Source: Haliotis rufescens
Lineage: Eukaryota
DNA: 64,000 nucleotides
Reading direction: 5' to 3'
Assembly: GCF_023055435.1 (NCBI RefSeq)
Contig: NW_025964090.1
Location: forward strand, 2,542,001 to 2,606,000
The notes below the pieces were generated by a model. That model did no database searches. It had not been told where the DNA came from and saw nothing but the letters and a program-made list of their open reading frames with translations. This document shows, one piece after another, positions 12,717 through 25,330 of this stretch; the first letter of the stretch is position 1; the number at the start of each line of letters is the position of its first letter. The position numbers were made by a program, and so were the translations under genes.

Positions 12717-12990
12717 GACCCGTGAAGGTCCGGGGTGGAATAGGTCTTCAGCAACCCATGCTTGCCGTAAAAAGGGACTATGCTTGTCGTAAAAAGCGAC
12801 TAACGGGATCGGGTGGTCAGGCTCGCTGACTTGGTTGATGCATGTCATCGGTCCCAATTGCGTGGATCGATGCTCATGATGTCAATCACTGAATTGTCTG
12901 GTCCAGACTCGATTATTTACAGACCGACGTTATATAGCTGGAATATTGCTGAGTGTGGCGTTAAACAAACAAACAAACAAACAAACAAAC
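12717..12990 (+). mobile_element. Short retroposon family C (structured non-tRNA head, (aaac)n tail)
   Basis: gacccgtgaagg/atccgggg...gtcgtaa(g)aggcgactaacgggatc...ggcgttaaacaaacaaac; TSD cattgacaac. Confidence 0.85.
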
Positions 12991-13618
12991 ATTGACAACT
13001 TCGGAAATCTCACCGCGTCACGATGATCGTGTCGGCCATTTTGTCGTCTTTCAGTTGAACGAAATGTATTACGACAGTGACTGTGGTAGGGGTAGACATT
13101 TTCTCATGACGATATTATTTAAATCATACTTGTTAATCTTAGCAAACAACAAATGAGTTGACTGAAGAACAATTTAAATATACATACGTTCATCGCGGAA
13201 CTATCGGTTTCCGGATACAGCTGTTTGTTTGTGTCAGTATAAACATGAAGTCACGCTTACTTATTGGAATACGTGTTTCGAGGTCCAGAGTAGGAATGTA
13301 AAAATATAAAAAAAGTGAGGGCCAAACATTGTATGAATGTCGTCGCAGGCTCCGAAGTTCACAGTTTGGCCCTCACCCAATGAAGGTTCATACTCAAGGG
13401 CACTCCCACAAAGTGAAAGTCAATTCTTAAAACATACCAATAAAGTGTTGAAAGTGCCTTTTGCTGTTCATTTTTAAAATGTTTTTATTGTTTGTGTTAA
13501 ATTTCCAAGGAAGCAAGTCGGACTCATATGGAAATGGCGATTTCCTTCATTACTTGTTTGATATTATTAACGTCAGACAAGGGCCGAATCGATGTCCATC
13601 ACTGGGCAGGAGTATAAC

Positions 13619-13962
13619 AGCCTGGTTCCCTGGGTATGCTGCGCTGGCGCTACACTGACCCAGGTAATGACTGCACAATGGCGGCCTCCACTAGACGAAC
13701 AAACATGGCGGGCACGACATGTATTTACTATAGAAAAACGGTAGAACGGGTGTAAGTACCAATGGACGTTATTCTCGTGACGTATACATTGCAACAACAG
13801 TGATGTAAATGTTAAAAGACATCTTAACCACCCGTTCTAGAGTTTTTCTATAGTAAATACATGTCGGGTCCGTCATATTTGATTGTCTAGTGGAGGTCGC
13901 AGTTGTGCAGTCATTGCCTGGGTCAGTGTAGCGCCAGCGCAGCATACCCGGAGAATCAGGCA
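13619..13962. mobile_element. Fold-back MITE with ~135-bp inverted arms
   Basis: gcctggttccctgggtatgctgcgctggcgctacactgacccagg... is mirrored by ...cctgggtcagtgtagcgccagcgcagcatacccggagaatcaggc. Confidence 0.8.
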
Positions 13963-14252
13963 GGGAATATGAAGGAATATTATTGTCTGTGTCTGCGCTT
14001 GCTCTCACATGCAAATTGCTTCAAATCAATAACTTATTTCTCCTATCTTCACATTGGTTGTACAGCCTCACGTGCTGTCATCAAAGCCCCAGGGGGAGCT
14101 GGCGATATAGTGACTTGGATGTGTGAGGATATATTGTCATGCACCTCACTGTCATAGTTTTCGAAGCATATTTATACACTTATGCAAAACAATCTGTATC
14201 GCGTACCGAAAGGCTTGCATAGGGCCAGTCTGTTCTGAATAAGGAATAAAGT

Positions 14253-14470
14253 ATGCAAATTGTCCTGTGGCAGTGGTAAGATGCTAGGTTATGACTGCAC
14301 CGGAGTGTTCACTATCAAGGGAAAATTCCGGTCACGTAATATGCAAATTGTCCTGTGGCAGTGGTGTAATGCTAAGTCATCACTGTCCCAGAGTGTGATC
14401 GCGCATCAGAAGTTCCACAACATAGCTCTAGATTTATCAAGCGAGGACAGCGGTGTGTGTATGCAGAAAA
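14253..14470 (+). promoter_or_regulatory. Putative copy-3 promoter: two octamers, a kappaB-like site and a TATA-like box
   Basis: ATGCAAAT at 14253 and 14341, GGGAAAATTCC at 14319-14329, tttatcaag about 60 nt before the ATG; homologous cassettes lie before copies 2 and 4. Confidence 0.45.
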
Positions 14471-14496
14471 GTTTGTGTCTTGGAGTCAGTGTAACC

Positions 14497-17143
14497 ATGC
14501 CTGTTTTTCTTCTGTTCACGAATCTGCCAGCAAGTGCCATCCCAAAGGGGTTTCTGTTGGAAACCACAAAAATGATCTCCAAAACCCTTCGGAAACCGGA
14601 AGAGGTTCGTTCAAGCATACATGCAGAAGTAGAAATTCTGTTTCTAAACCACAGTATTTGTTGTGAATTGTCAATAGTTCTTTGTAGCAGTATTTTGAAT
14701 GAATTATCAGAATATTACAATGTATTATCAAACAGATAGAGGGGAGTCTCTTTTTAAAGAAATTGATCAAACGTCAAGATGGGTCATATCAGGACATGTT
14801 TGACATTAAAGCCATTACAATTATTGATTATATGTGTATCTCAACATGACGGTTATTATTGTCAAGTAAGGGCTTCCTTGGGCAAATGAACCCTCTTTCA
14901 ACAACATTTTCATTCACGATCATTAAGATTTGGAAATAATGTCATTANNNNNNNNNNNNNNNNNNNNNNNNNNNNNNNNNNNNNNNNNNNNNNNNNNNNN
15001 NNNNNNNNNNNNNNNNNNNNNNNNNNNNNNNNNNNNNNNNNNNNNNNNNNNNNNNNNNNNNNNNNNNNNNNNNNNNNNNNNNNNNNNNNNNNNNNNNNNN
15101 NNNNNNNNNNNNNNNNNNNNNNNNNNNNNNNNNNNNNNNNAAAGTATAATTCATTATTGTAAGAGGAAATGTATTGGAATGTATTTCAGTTCTTGCAGTA
15201 ATGATGTGATGATGTATTTTGTAACATTTAACAGTATTAGTATCGGTAATATATTAATTATATAGAAAACAGAGAAAAAACAATAAATATGATGAAAATA
15301 ATAATTAAACTTTCAATCCAGTGATTGACATCAATTCACACAATTGGGTTACGGCAACACACAGTCACCCAAGTCACCAAACTTGACCACACGATCCACT
15401 TACTTGCCTCCGACGTCGAGTTCGTCACGGTATGGCTGAAATATTGCCGATGTGACGTAAACATTAACTCACTCACTCTGACGTCGAGCATTGGTTTCGA
15501 CGGATCCATCTTCTGTCCTGAATCCAAATAATCTGATGATAATTTAATACATTTGGTCTTTGATCTTATAATCATAGATGGAGACTCTGATATTTATAAA
15601 TGGGAGCCAGATAACGGGGAACACATAACGCCAGTGTTCGAAATACCTGCCTGCCCGACCGTCCGAGACGGGTTGATTTCAACTCGGGCTGCAAGATTTT
15701 CAAATCCCCCTGCCCGACGGTCGGGTTATATTTCATATGTGAAAATATTCTAAATATTTACCGATGATAAGCATTAATTCACATGTAAAGATGAATGATA
15801 AAATGTAACCAAAAAGAAACCCCGTTAGCTTATCCTGAGAAACATATGATTATAGTGGGAAGGCAGGTTTTGGTCAGGGCTGGCAAGTATTTCAGCTAGC
15901 CAGTCCTGTGGTCTGGCTGAAATTTTTGGGAGTTTCATACCCTGATAACGCACATATGGCATCTATTGCATAATTTTGTGTGTGAGTATTGCTTAATGCC
16001 GTGAATTCCAGCTGTATGATGGAGACCTGGGAGCCTGGCGCAGTGATCAGTGATTGATATTAGGAGCACAACCCGTCAGGGTACGTTGACACACAATTAA
16101 CTTAGTGACCAAGCCTGACAACTTGGTCCTTTTAATCACCAACTACGACCAGCAGAGATTGTTTGAAACAAATTTCAATCTGAATCCCGGCAGGGTTCGA
16201 GGGGGAATGACTACATTTCATTGTTTGCCTTTATGCTGTTCTTCGGACAAGTGATCTGAAAATGAGTTGTTTAGCCCAACAATAGGGGTGAGTTTCAACA
16301 TCGCATATCTTTCGTCCGTCCATACTTGGCAGCCATATTGAGAGACTCTAATTGTTCAGTAAGTTCAGGTTAGAATTAATAATGTTTTATTAGAAATTAC
16401 AAATAACCATAGGGAGCTATATCTATAGGAGAAAACATGCCTCCGAGCCTTTGGTTGAAAATGTAAACACGAGGGAAAGGGAAAGTCTGAAGAGTTTGTT
16501 TGATATAAACAAAAATATAATACATTTTGGGCGTAAAAACGAGACTATTGTACAGCTGTTCATGTGTACAACTGTTAGCGAAAAGGGGCGCGGCACGAGA
16601 ATTTCGTGCTCGTGTCGCGGTTTTATACCACGTGGCTGGTACGAGCGATCGCAGCGTGCGAGAGAAAGACCACGTGCAGCATGCAGCACAAACAGAGGTC
16701 TTGACAAGTAAAACTGAACTACTTGTAATCACCTCCACCGGTGGCTCAGTGGGGAAACTAAACACGAAATGTGAGGTTGCAGGTTCGATAACCTTAATCC
16801 ATAATGAAAACTTTCATTCCAAGTCTTCGAAAACAAATTTCATCTACTACTCAACTCATCAGGTCTTACTATGGGAGACCGCCTCCGTGGTCTAAAGGTA
16901 GAGCGTCCGCCCGGAGAGCGGAAGGTCCGGGGTTTGATCCCCAGCTGCGTCATACCAAAAGACGTTAAAAGATGGTACTTGTTGTTACCCTGTCTGGCGC
17001 TCGGCATTAAGGGGCTAAAACAAGGACTGGTCGGCTCGGAGTCAGTATACTGTGTCTGAGTAGGGTATTCATGTTAAACTGCGGCATGGTATCTCAGTGT
17101 GCTTGCACTATAAATCGGCATCAGTCCGGACTAGTACAAGCAG

Positions 17144-17181
<38 letters not shown>

Positions 17182-20100
17182 ATGCACGTCGCTATATAAG
17201 TGCAATAATCTTGGACGCGACGTTAAACCCCATTTCACCTCACCTTTCTATATATGGGAACGTAAAACCTCATACCAGGCCTTCCGAAGAAAAACTGAAA
17301 CCTCCCAATAGGTTATTACGAGATAAGGATCAAAAGTGGCAGTAGTGCCCCCTATTTTATAGAGAGGAATGATTGTTCTCAACTAAATGAGCAGGTTTGA
17401 TATGATGCCGCTTTTGACAGTATTTCAGTTATATCACAGATGGTCAGAAAGCCCGAAGTCATGTAGATTTTAGATCTTTTCCCGCTTTGGTGAAGACATA
17501 CTCACAGGATCCCCATGTGGATTCCAGGTTCAACCTTTTCTGGTCATAAAAGGCGACCAAACGGAACGGATTCACAATATCAATCCCCGAATTGTCTGAT
17601 CCAGACCTTAATTATTTTAAGACTGTCATATAGCTGGAATCTTGCTGACTGTAGCATTAACAAAGTGCTGCTGACAAACCAAGACATTGGCCCACATTCA
17701 CAAGTTTCTGGTACCCAACTTTGCGTTGCGAGTGGCACCAAATAAATTTGAATTAAATTATCTTTGAATACCATACAATAAATCCAATATTTAAAGATTA
17801 TTTGGTATTTCTTAAAATTGAAATAACACTTCAGAGTAACTTAATTTTTTGTGTGCATGAAATTAAGGAATATTTGAATGGATAGTTCCAAAATAATTCC
17901 ATAATGATAGTAATTGTTCTTTTTTCGACTTAATGTCAAAACATAATTCAGATAAAATTCAGCTATAATTCAGATAAGATGATTCTAAATGATAAACAAT
18001 TCGGAACATGAACTAGAAAAATTAACTAGGAACTAGTTTTCCGTTGTTTGGTCCTCCCAACAGGGTTTGATGGAGCCTGAAGAGCAAAAGCATACAAAAT
18101 GTAAAACAACAACACAAAATATGCTTCATATCACGTTGGCTGAAGAATAGTTTTAACACTAGGTGTGACTTGTGACCTCTCATAAGATATTGTTCAATAG
18201 CCTGGATGGATGCAAGTTACCTTATTTCCTCGAATAAATTCAGGGATTTATTAAACGCCGGATGGTTGATATGGTTGTATTGTATTTCAACTACTGTATG
18301 CGTCCCCGCGAAACAGAAGCATTTGATAGAACTACGAAGATGTGTATGAGCAAATCATTAGTCGGAAATTGAAATATAATTATTATAAACGCAGGGCCGT
18401 GATAAAACGCCGGGGATAAAAGAGTGTCTGAAAAAATAAACGTCCGCGCGTTTTATGGAGGAAATACAGTACTACCATAAAACATCCAATATGTACCAGT
18501 GCTCCAGATAATGTTTGGAGCTACTGGATATTTACTCACTTTATCATTCATACTATTCAAAGTTTGCAGTAGGATCACATCCTTAATGCAATATGAAATT
18601 ATGATATGAAGTCTTATTTTAGTAAAACCCGGTACACAGTGAGTGGGTGCCCCCCCACTGGAGCAACAGTAACACACTAAAAAGGTGAAGGAATGCTGTG
18701 AAGGACACCATATGCACGTGATGCACGTGATGCACGTGATGCACGTGATGCATGATAACCACAGTTGCCACCGTCTCATTTTACCGGTCGATTACGTGTT
18801 GCTTTGGTATTTTCTCAAACGCATTCCAATCATTTCCTTTCAATTAAACATTCATCTGCACGATTTTGTACATGGTTATTTGTATTTGTCATTGGAATGT
18901 TTTTTTCATATTCGGAAAATGTTATCCTTAGCAAACTTTGAGTGGTATATTTAGACATTTTTGGGTCCAGTCTATTAGGTATTTATGAACCAATGAGTAC
19001 AAGTAGAACTTTTTTTAACAATAACTCTGCTTTGTATACATGATGTCTTTATTCGATCTGTAGAAAGGATCTGTAACTTAAAATGTTGCACTGGCTTATT
19101 TATGCACAATATTCGTACACTGTTGTTTTTTTCCATGAATTTGTGCACGCGTTTGAAGAACTTAACAGTAATTCGGAAATGGTTATTTCTTGTGAATATT
19201 GTATACGCAGCTTATCTGGAGTGTTGTTGGACACCACAAACATTTCTATCCATTGAATGCTTCACTGTGAAAGATTTCCAGTAGGCATCATAAACCCATG
19301 AAGTAATCACTCATCCAAATCATTCAGTCAACTTACTCAGCCATTCACTCAACTTACTATGCCATTCACTCAACTTACTCAATCATTTATTCAATTTACT
19401 GCGCCATATATTGAACATACTCAATCATTTACCCAACATACTCAATCAATTACTCAACATACTCAATCATTTACTCAGCTTAATCTGTCATTCACTCAAC
19501 TTCCGTCATTTACTCAACTTACTCCGTCATTTACTTAACTTACTCCGTCATTCACTCAGCTTACTCCGTCATTTACTGAGCTTACTCTGTCCTTCACTCA
19601 ACTTCCGTCTTTTACTCAGCTTACTCCGTCATTTACTTAACTTACTCCGTCATTCACTCAGCTTACTCCGTCATTTACTCAGCTTACTCTGTCATTCACT
19701 CAACTTCCGTCATTTACTCAACTTACTCCGTCATTTACTTAACTTACTCCGTCATTTACTCAGCTTACTCTGTCATTCACTTAACTTCCGTCTTTTACTC
19801 CGCTTACTCTGTCATTCACTTAACTTCCGTCATTTACTCAGCATACTCCGTCATTTCCTTAACTTACTCGGTCATTCACTCAACTTCCGTCTTTTACTCC
19901 GCTTACTCTGTCCTGCACTCAACTTCCGTCATTTATTCAGCTTACTCCGTCATTTACTTAACTTACTCCGTCATTCACTCAACTTCCGTCATTTCCTTAA
20001 CTTACTCGGTCATTCACTCAACTTCCGTCTTTTACTCAGCTTACTCTGTCATTCACTTAACTTCCGTCATTTACACAGCTTACTCCTTCATTCACTCAAC

Positions 20101-21137
20101 TTACTCCACCATTTACTCCACCACTGAATCTTTATTCACACAATGTACTCATTCAATCAGGCAACCTACTTCGTCATTCACGTCACTAACTCAAACAGTC
20201 ACCCAAATTATTCCGTCATTCACTCAACTTACTCAATCATTTATTCAACTTTCTCAATTATTCAGCAAAATCATTCATTATATCATTGTCTCAACTTACT
20301 CAATCGTTCAATCATTTTACTCAGTCTTTCACTTAACTTATTAACTTATTTACTCAAGTATATTTCAGCGTATTGCAGTGTTGATTCATCCAGATCAGAT
20401 GATGAGCCACGGGGGTACGACTGATCTCTGTGCCAACTCCGAGCTGCAAGGTATCACGAACATGGGGAATAAGGAAAACATTCAGATGTCCAAAGACATT
20501 TCAGAATTCCTGCAACAAAAGCTTGGTATTGACCCTAAAAGGTAACAAATTATACATGGTTCTGTTTTGAATTTCTGAAGTATTTCAACAGTCTGTCCAT
20601 CAAAAACAAATCGCTGCACTTTATGCTTGTGGTAGATCAAGACAACACGTGGCCACTGTGACAATAAACCTCTTTATATCCAATTAATATTTGATAGTCT
20701 TGTAAGGTCGCAGTAAGAAAAAACATACATAAAAACTCAATATTATTCATGTCGAAATATTCTATCATGAGAGGAAATGAATATGAAGCCTTGTTGGCAA
20801 GCGAGTCCTTTGAGTTCTCAGTTCTCAGCCATGGTAATCTATAGATATGTGATCATTTATGTCGCAGTCAACTGCTCATTTAGTATTGATATTCATAAAG
20901 TTTTATTGATACGACATCAACATTTAACATGTACTGATGTGACTACATCCCGACTCACAATGACACCCCGTGACCTAGGTCAGTAGTAGGGTGGGCAGTT
21001 GTCACACACAGAGCCACAGTGGAGCAGAATTCCGATTTCTATTATTCTTTATTTTCAGAAACTACATCAAATTCACCAGGAATCAAGCATTTGAAGTTGG
21101 GTATAAGGGGACAACGTTTGAAGTACTGTGGAAATGA
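14497..21137 (+). CDS. MIF: MIF-like copy 3 (subtype A), 119 aa; join(14497..14604,20369..20541,21059..21137)
   Basis: MPVFLLFTNLPASAIPKGFLLETTKMISKTLRKPEE/RIAVLIHPDQMMSHGGTTDLCANSELQGITNMGNKENIQMSKDISEFLQQKLGIDPKR/NYIKFTRNQAFEVGYKGTTFEVLWK*. Intron 1 spans an N-gap and has a weak donor (gttcgt). Confidence 0.85.
15632..15944. mobile_element. Non-autonomous DNA transposon with CAG...CTG ends
   Basis: Termini cagtgttcgaaat / tttcataccctg; 7-bp duplication ataacgc on both sides. Confidence 0.6.
16877..17245 (+). mobile_element. tRNA-headed SINE family B, full length
   Basis: Head plus internal (CA)n plus cacct tail; flanked by tatggga duplication. Confidence 0.85.
18553..18945. mobile_element. 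Tc1/mariner-like MITE containing (gtgatgcac)n
   Basis: ta|ctattcaaagtttgc ... gcaaactttgagtgg|ta; absent from paralogous introns. Confidence 0.55.
19305..20355 (+). repeat. Same intron-1 minisatellite, copy 3
   Basis: Direct inspection; explains the spurious L/H-rich ORF 19411-20127. Confidence 0.9.
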
Positions 21138-22247
21138 AACAGTTTGGGAAAATATTAGCTTCAAAACCAACCAATCAACTCATGATGATCCATAGAATCA
21201 GTGGCGAAGACGCATGAGCAGCATCTATGTCACATGGCGGGGGTGTAACAGTTCAATACACGCCAATGAGAAGCTTTAAGAACCCATCACTGCAATAAGT
21301 AATATGACATCTGTTGTTGAGATGTACCAGGTGGAGCAGGTGTGGTATTTCCCTTGAACGTATTATTCTGCTGGATTATTTAGAAGAGTGCCTTGAAATG
21401 ACGTATAACAGTTCATTAAAATAGAGTCACATTTCATGAGCCATACTTTCCTAACTAATTGTAATTTTCCATCTACGATGTCCCAAAGTTGGGTATGCAA
21501 TTTTCCAGCTTCCTGTGCAACAAGTGTCACGCAGACTGAGTCTAAGGGTTAAGCTGTCTAGCACTTCTCCATGCATGATACTGCATGTAAGTTAAAGCGC
21601 AGATGAAGTCTGATAATTTCTCATATGCATTCATTGGTATGAAGAAACTATTTTATCTAGAGTTCTATCTATCCACGCTTTACTTCATAGGATGATTTCT
21701 ATAGACCTAATTTTTGAAGCGGAACAGTGAACAAAAATAAGGAGAAACTGATTTGAAAGTTGAATATTATAAAGACAAATTTATTAAATTTTCCTGTTTA
21801 CGCAAGAATTGTGCAGATTGTAATCAATTAATAAACAATCTCAACAAGAATATCAATAAACATGTACAGCTGAAATCACGGTTTCAAGAGTGAATGTTTT
21901 TTTACGCTGCAGTCAGTATTATTCCAGCTGTACAGCAGCCTGTCAATATGATCAGTGCTATATGTCAACCAGTGATTGACATGGGGATTCCGGGGTTAGA
22001 ACAGGTCCCAAACAACCTATGCTGTAGGAGGTGTCTTAATTGACCAGAGGTCAGGCTCAGAGACTTACATCATGGCGTGTCAACGTACCCCGACCACGAT
22101 CGTCGCTGCTCACAATATCAATCACTGAATTGTCTGGTCAAGGCTTTATTCATAAATCTGGACTACTGCTGAGGGTGGCGTTAAACAACAAACACATATC
22201 AGTGATTGACAGCACAAGCACTGATACATACATTTGGGGTGCGATGA

Positions 22248-22976
22248 CACACGAGCCTACACATAGTAACCTAACCATCTGATTCTCATGTTAGTTTTTC
22301 CCTTGAGAGGGTATGTAAGACATCCCAAAACCGACTTACACACGAGCCTACACATAGTAACCTAACCATCTGATTCTCATGTTAGTTTTTCCCTTGAGAG
22401 GGTATGTAAGACATCCCAAAACCGACTTACTCACGAGCCTACACATAGTAACCTAACCATCTGATTCTCATGTTAGTTTTTCCCTTGAGAGGGTATGTAA
22501 GACATCCCCATACCGACTTACACACGAGCCTACACATAGTAACCTAACCATCTGATTCTCATGTTAGTTTTTCCCCTGAGAGGGTATGTAAGACATCCCA
22601 AAACCGACTTACTCACGAGCCTACACATAGTAACCTAACCATCTGATTCTCATGTTAGTTTTTCCCTTGAGAGGGTATGTAAGACATCCAAAAAACCGAC
22701 TTACACACGAGCCTACACATAGTAACCTAACCATCTGATTCTCATGTTAGTTTTTCCCCTGAGAGGGTATGTAAGACGTCCCAAAACCGACTTACACACG
22801 AGCCTACACATAGTAACCTAACCATCTGATTCTCATGTTAGTTTTTCCCCTGAGAGGGTATGTAAGACGTCCCAAAACCGACTTACACAAGCCTACACAT
22901 AGTAACCTAACCATCTGATTCTCATGTTAGTTTTTCCCCTGAGAGGGTATGTAAGACATCCCAAAACCGACTTACT
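22248..22976. repeat. 91-bp tandem repeat, 8 units
   Basis: gagcctacacatagtaacctaacc...gagagggtatgtaagacatcccaaaaccgacttac recurs at 22253, 22344, 22435 and onward. Confidence 0.95.
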
Positions 22977-24121
22977 CTCATACCACCAGATGTCCACCAA
23001 TACACGATTAATCTCTGTCAAACCTTGGAATCACTGGATCTAAAATATAAATGTGAATAGGGAACGCTTTAACCACTGAACTACCTTAGAGACCGTCTGT
23101 GTTTTCAGCTTTGTCTGGTTTAAATGATTATGTTCAAATATCCGCGTATAGAATACTAAATAATAACCATTCATCACTCATAGTCTGAAAAGATAAATAA
23201 AGATTATTAGATGAGTGTGTTTCCGTATCGTATAGACGATATGTTAGGAATACCAGTTGTTTAAGCGAGGCTGTGGTGAGTCTAATACATATTTTAATCC
23301 GACTATTTCATATTTATCACATACTGGATAGTGTTTATCACATACTGGATTCAATAAACCAGTGCGATAAACTTGGTATCACGATCCGATAAATATGCAG
23401 ATGAAGTCACCTTGTTGAAACTTTTAATAAATCCATGCTTAGATATCATGGCAGCTTGCTAAATATTCTAGAAGTTAATTTCGGTTTCCCGACGTGCGAG
23501 TGATTATGTAAGCCAACATGTCTGCATTTGACACTGTATACAAATAAATGGATCGGTTCACCCGGCATTGTATTTCTACGTTATTTCTACATATATTTTA
23601 TCGGATGAAAATATGGCCAAGGTACAAAACTCTGCGTTCAACTGCGTGGAATCTAAATATCTTTGTATGATCTGTCGGTGTGCACGCAGGGCAAATTTTA
23701 ATAGTAAACCGATCACTATCGACGACTCGATCCATGCCTTGACTGACAGCAACAGTCTTCAATATTCTACAGCAATCTATATATCTACTTCAGTATCTTT
23801 CTGACACATCGTTATAACCACCCCTGAATTATTGTCCATATTATTAAAGATTAATGACGCCTAATCGGGACTTCGGAAATCTCCCTGCGTCACGATGATC
23901 CTGTTGGCCATTTTGACGTCTTGTAGTTGAACGAAATGTTATACCACAGTGACTGTGGTAGAGATAGACATTGTCCCATGACGATATTATTTAAATCTTA
24001 CTTCTTGTAACCAAACAACAAATGAGTTCACTGAAGAACAATTTGAATATACATACGTTCATCATGTCATTGCTATTTGTTTCCGCGATGCAGCTGTTTG
24101 TGTGTATTTCAGTATGAGCTT

Positions 24122-24328
24122 GAGTCAGTGAGTTGGGTTTAACGCCGCTTTTAACAGTATTACAGTTATATCACGGCGTGTCAGATTAATGTGGGAGGAA
24201 AGCCCGAAAAGATGCAGGTCTTAGACGTTTACGACTCCCGTGAAACCCATCACCACGGGTATGGTGCTGACAAACCTAGAAACATAATCGGGTCGAACCG
24301 GGATTCGACTGGGCCACGCGTGCCCCCG
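24122..24328 (-). mobile_element. tRNA-headed SINE family D
   Basis: 12-bp TSD gtatgagcttga; homologous to 48560, 51430 and 58213. Confidence 0.8.
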
Positions 24329-25330
24329 TATGAGCTTGAAGTCTCACGTACTAAATGGAAATGTGTCTACGTCTTACGAAGTACATAATAAGAATATAAA
24401 AACTTATAAAAGTGAGGGCCAAATATTGTGTGAAGGTCGTCGCAGGCTCCGAAGTTCACAGTTTGGCCCTCGCCCAATGATGGTTCATAATCAAGCGAAC
24501 TCCAACAAAGTGAAAGTCTTACAAACACACCAATAAAGTGTTGAAGGTGCCTTTTGCTATTCATTTTTAAATGTTTGCGTTTAATTTCCAAGGATGCAAG
24601 TCGGACTCGTATGGAAATGGCGATTGCCTTCATTACTTGTTCGATATTTATGACGTCAGACAAGGGCCGAACTGATGTCCATTACTAGGCAGACATATAA
24701 ACAAATTATTGTGTGTGTTTCCATGGCTACGTGTGGGACATGAGTTCAAAATATAGGATCCCCTCTTGGTCAAGTAGATACAGCGTCTGCCCGGAGAGGT
24801 GCCCGTTGAAAGATGGAACTTGTTTCCCAGAGTGGGGCATCCATGTTAAACTGCGGCATAGTATCTCGACCAGTGAGCTTGCAGCATAAAACCGGCAATA
24901 TTCTTATGCTGAGCAGACGACACACTAAGGGACGTAACTCCAATTTTTTGCTTCCCAGACTGATATCAACTGCCCATCAAAATGCACTAATAGGCTATAT
25001 CAGCCCGGCAGGAGGGGTAATACGGGTCTGGTTATTGCAAAGCTCGTTTGATTACAAAAAAAAAGAGAAAGTCCGGTCACGAGATATCCAAATTGTCCTG
25101 TGGCAGTGGTGTAATGCTAGGTTATCACTGCACCGGAGTGTGCACCAACAAAGGAAAATTCCGGAACACGTGATATGCAAAATAATGTTTGGCAGTGGTG
25201 TAATGCTAAGTTACCACTGCCCCAGAGTGTGATCACGCTTCAGAAGTTCTACAACTGAGCTCTCGATTTATCAAGCGAGGACAGCGGTGTGTGGTAGCAG
25301 AAAAGCTTGAGTGTCGGAGTCAGTGTAACC

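Noticed and set aside
14260-14739. Track ORFs of 159 aa (and 59455-59892, 145 aa) as single-exon genes
   Set aside because: Only the MP...KPE segment is MIF exon 1; the rest is promoter or intron read-through.
19411-20127. Leu/His-rich 238-aa ORF resembling an LRR protein
   Set aside because: It is an intronic minisatellite of MIF copy 3, and the frame is not conserved in paralogous repeats.
22248-22976. CRISPR-like regular array
   Set aside because: Units are head-to-tail with no unique spacers, there are no cas genes, and the context is eukaryotic.
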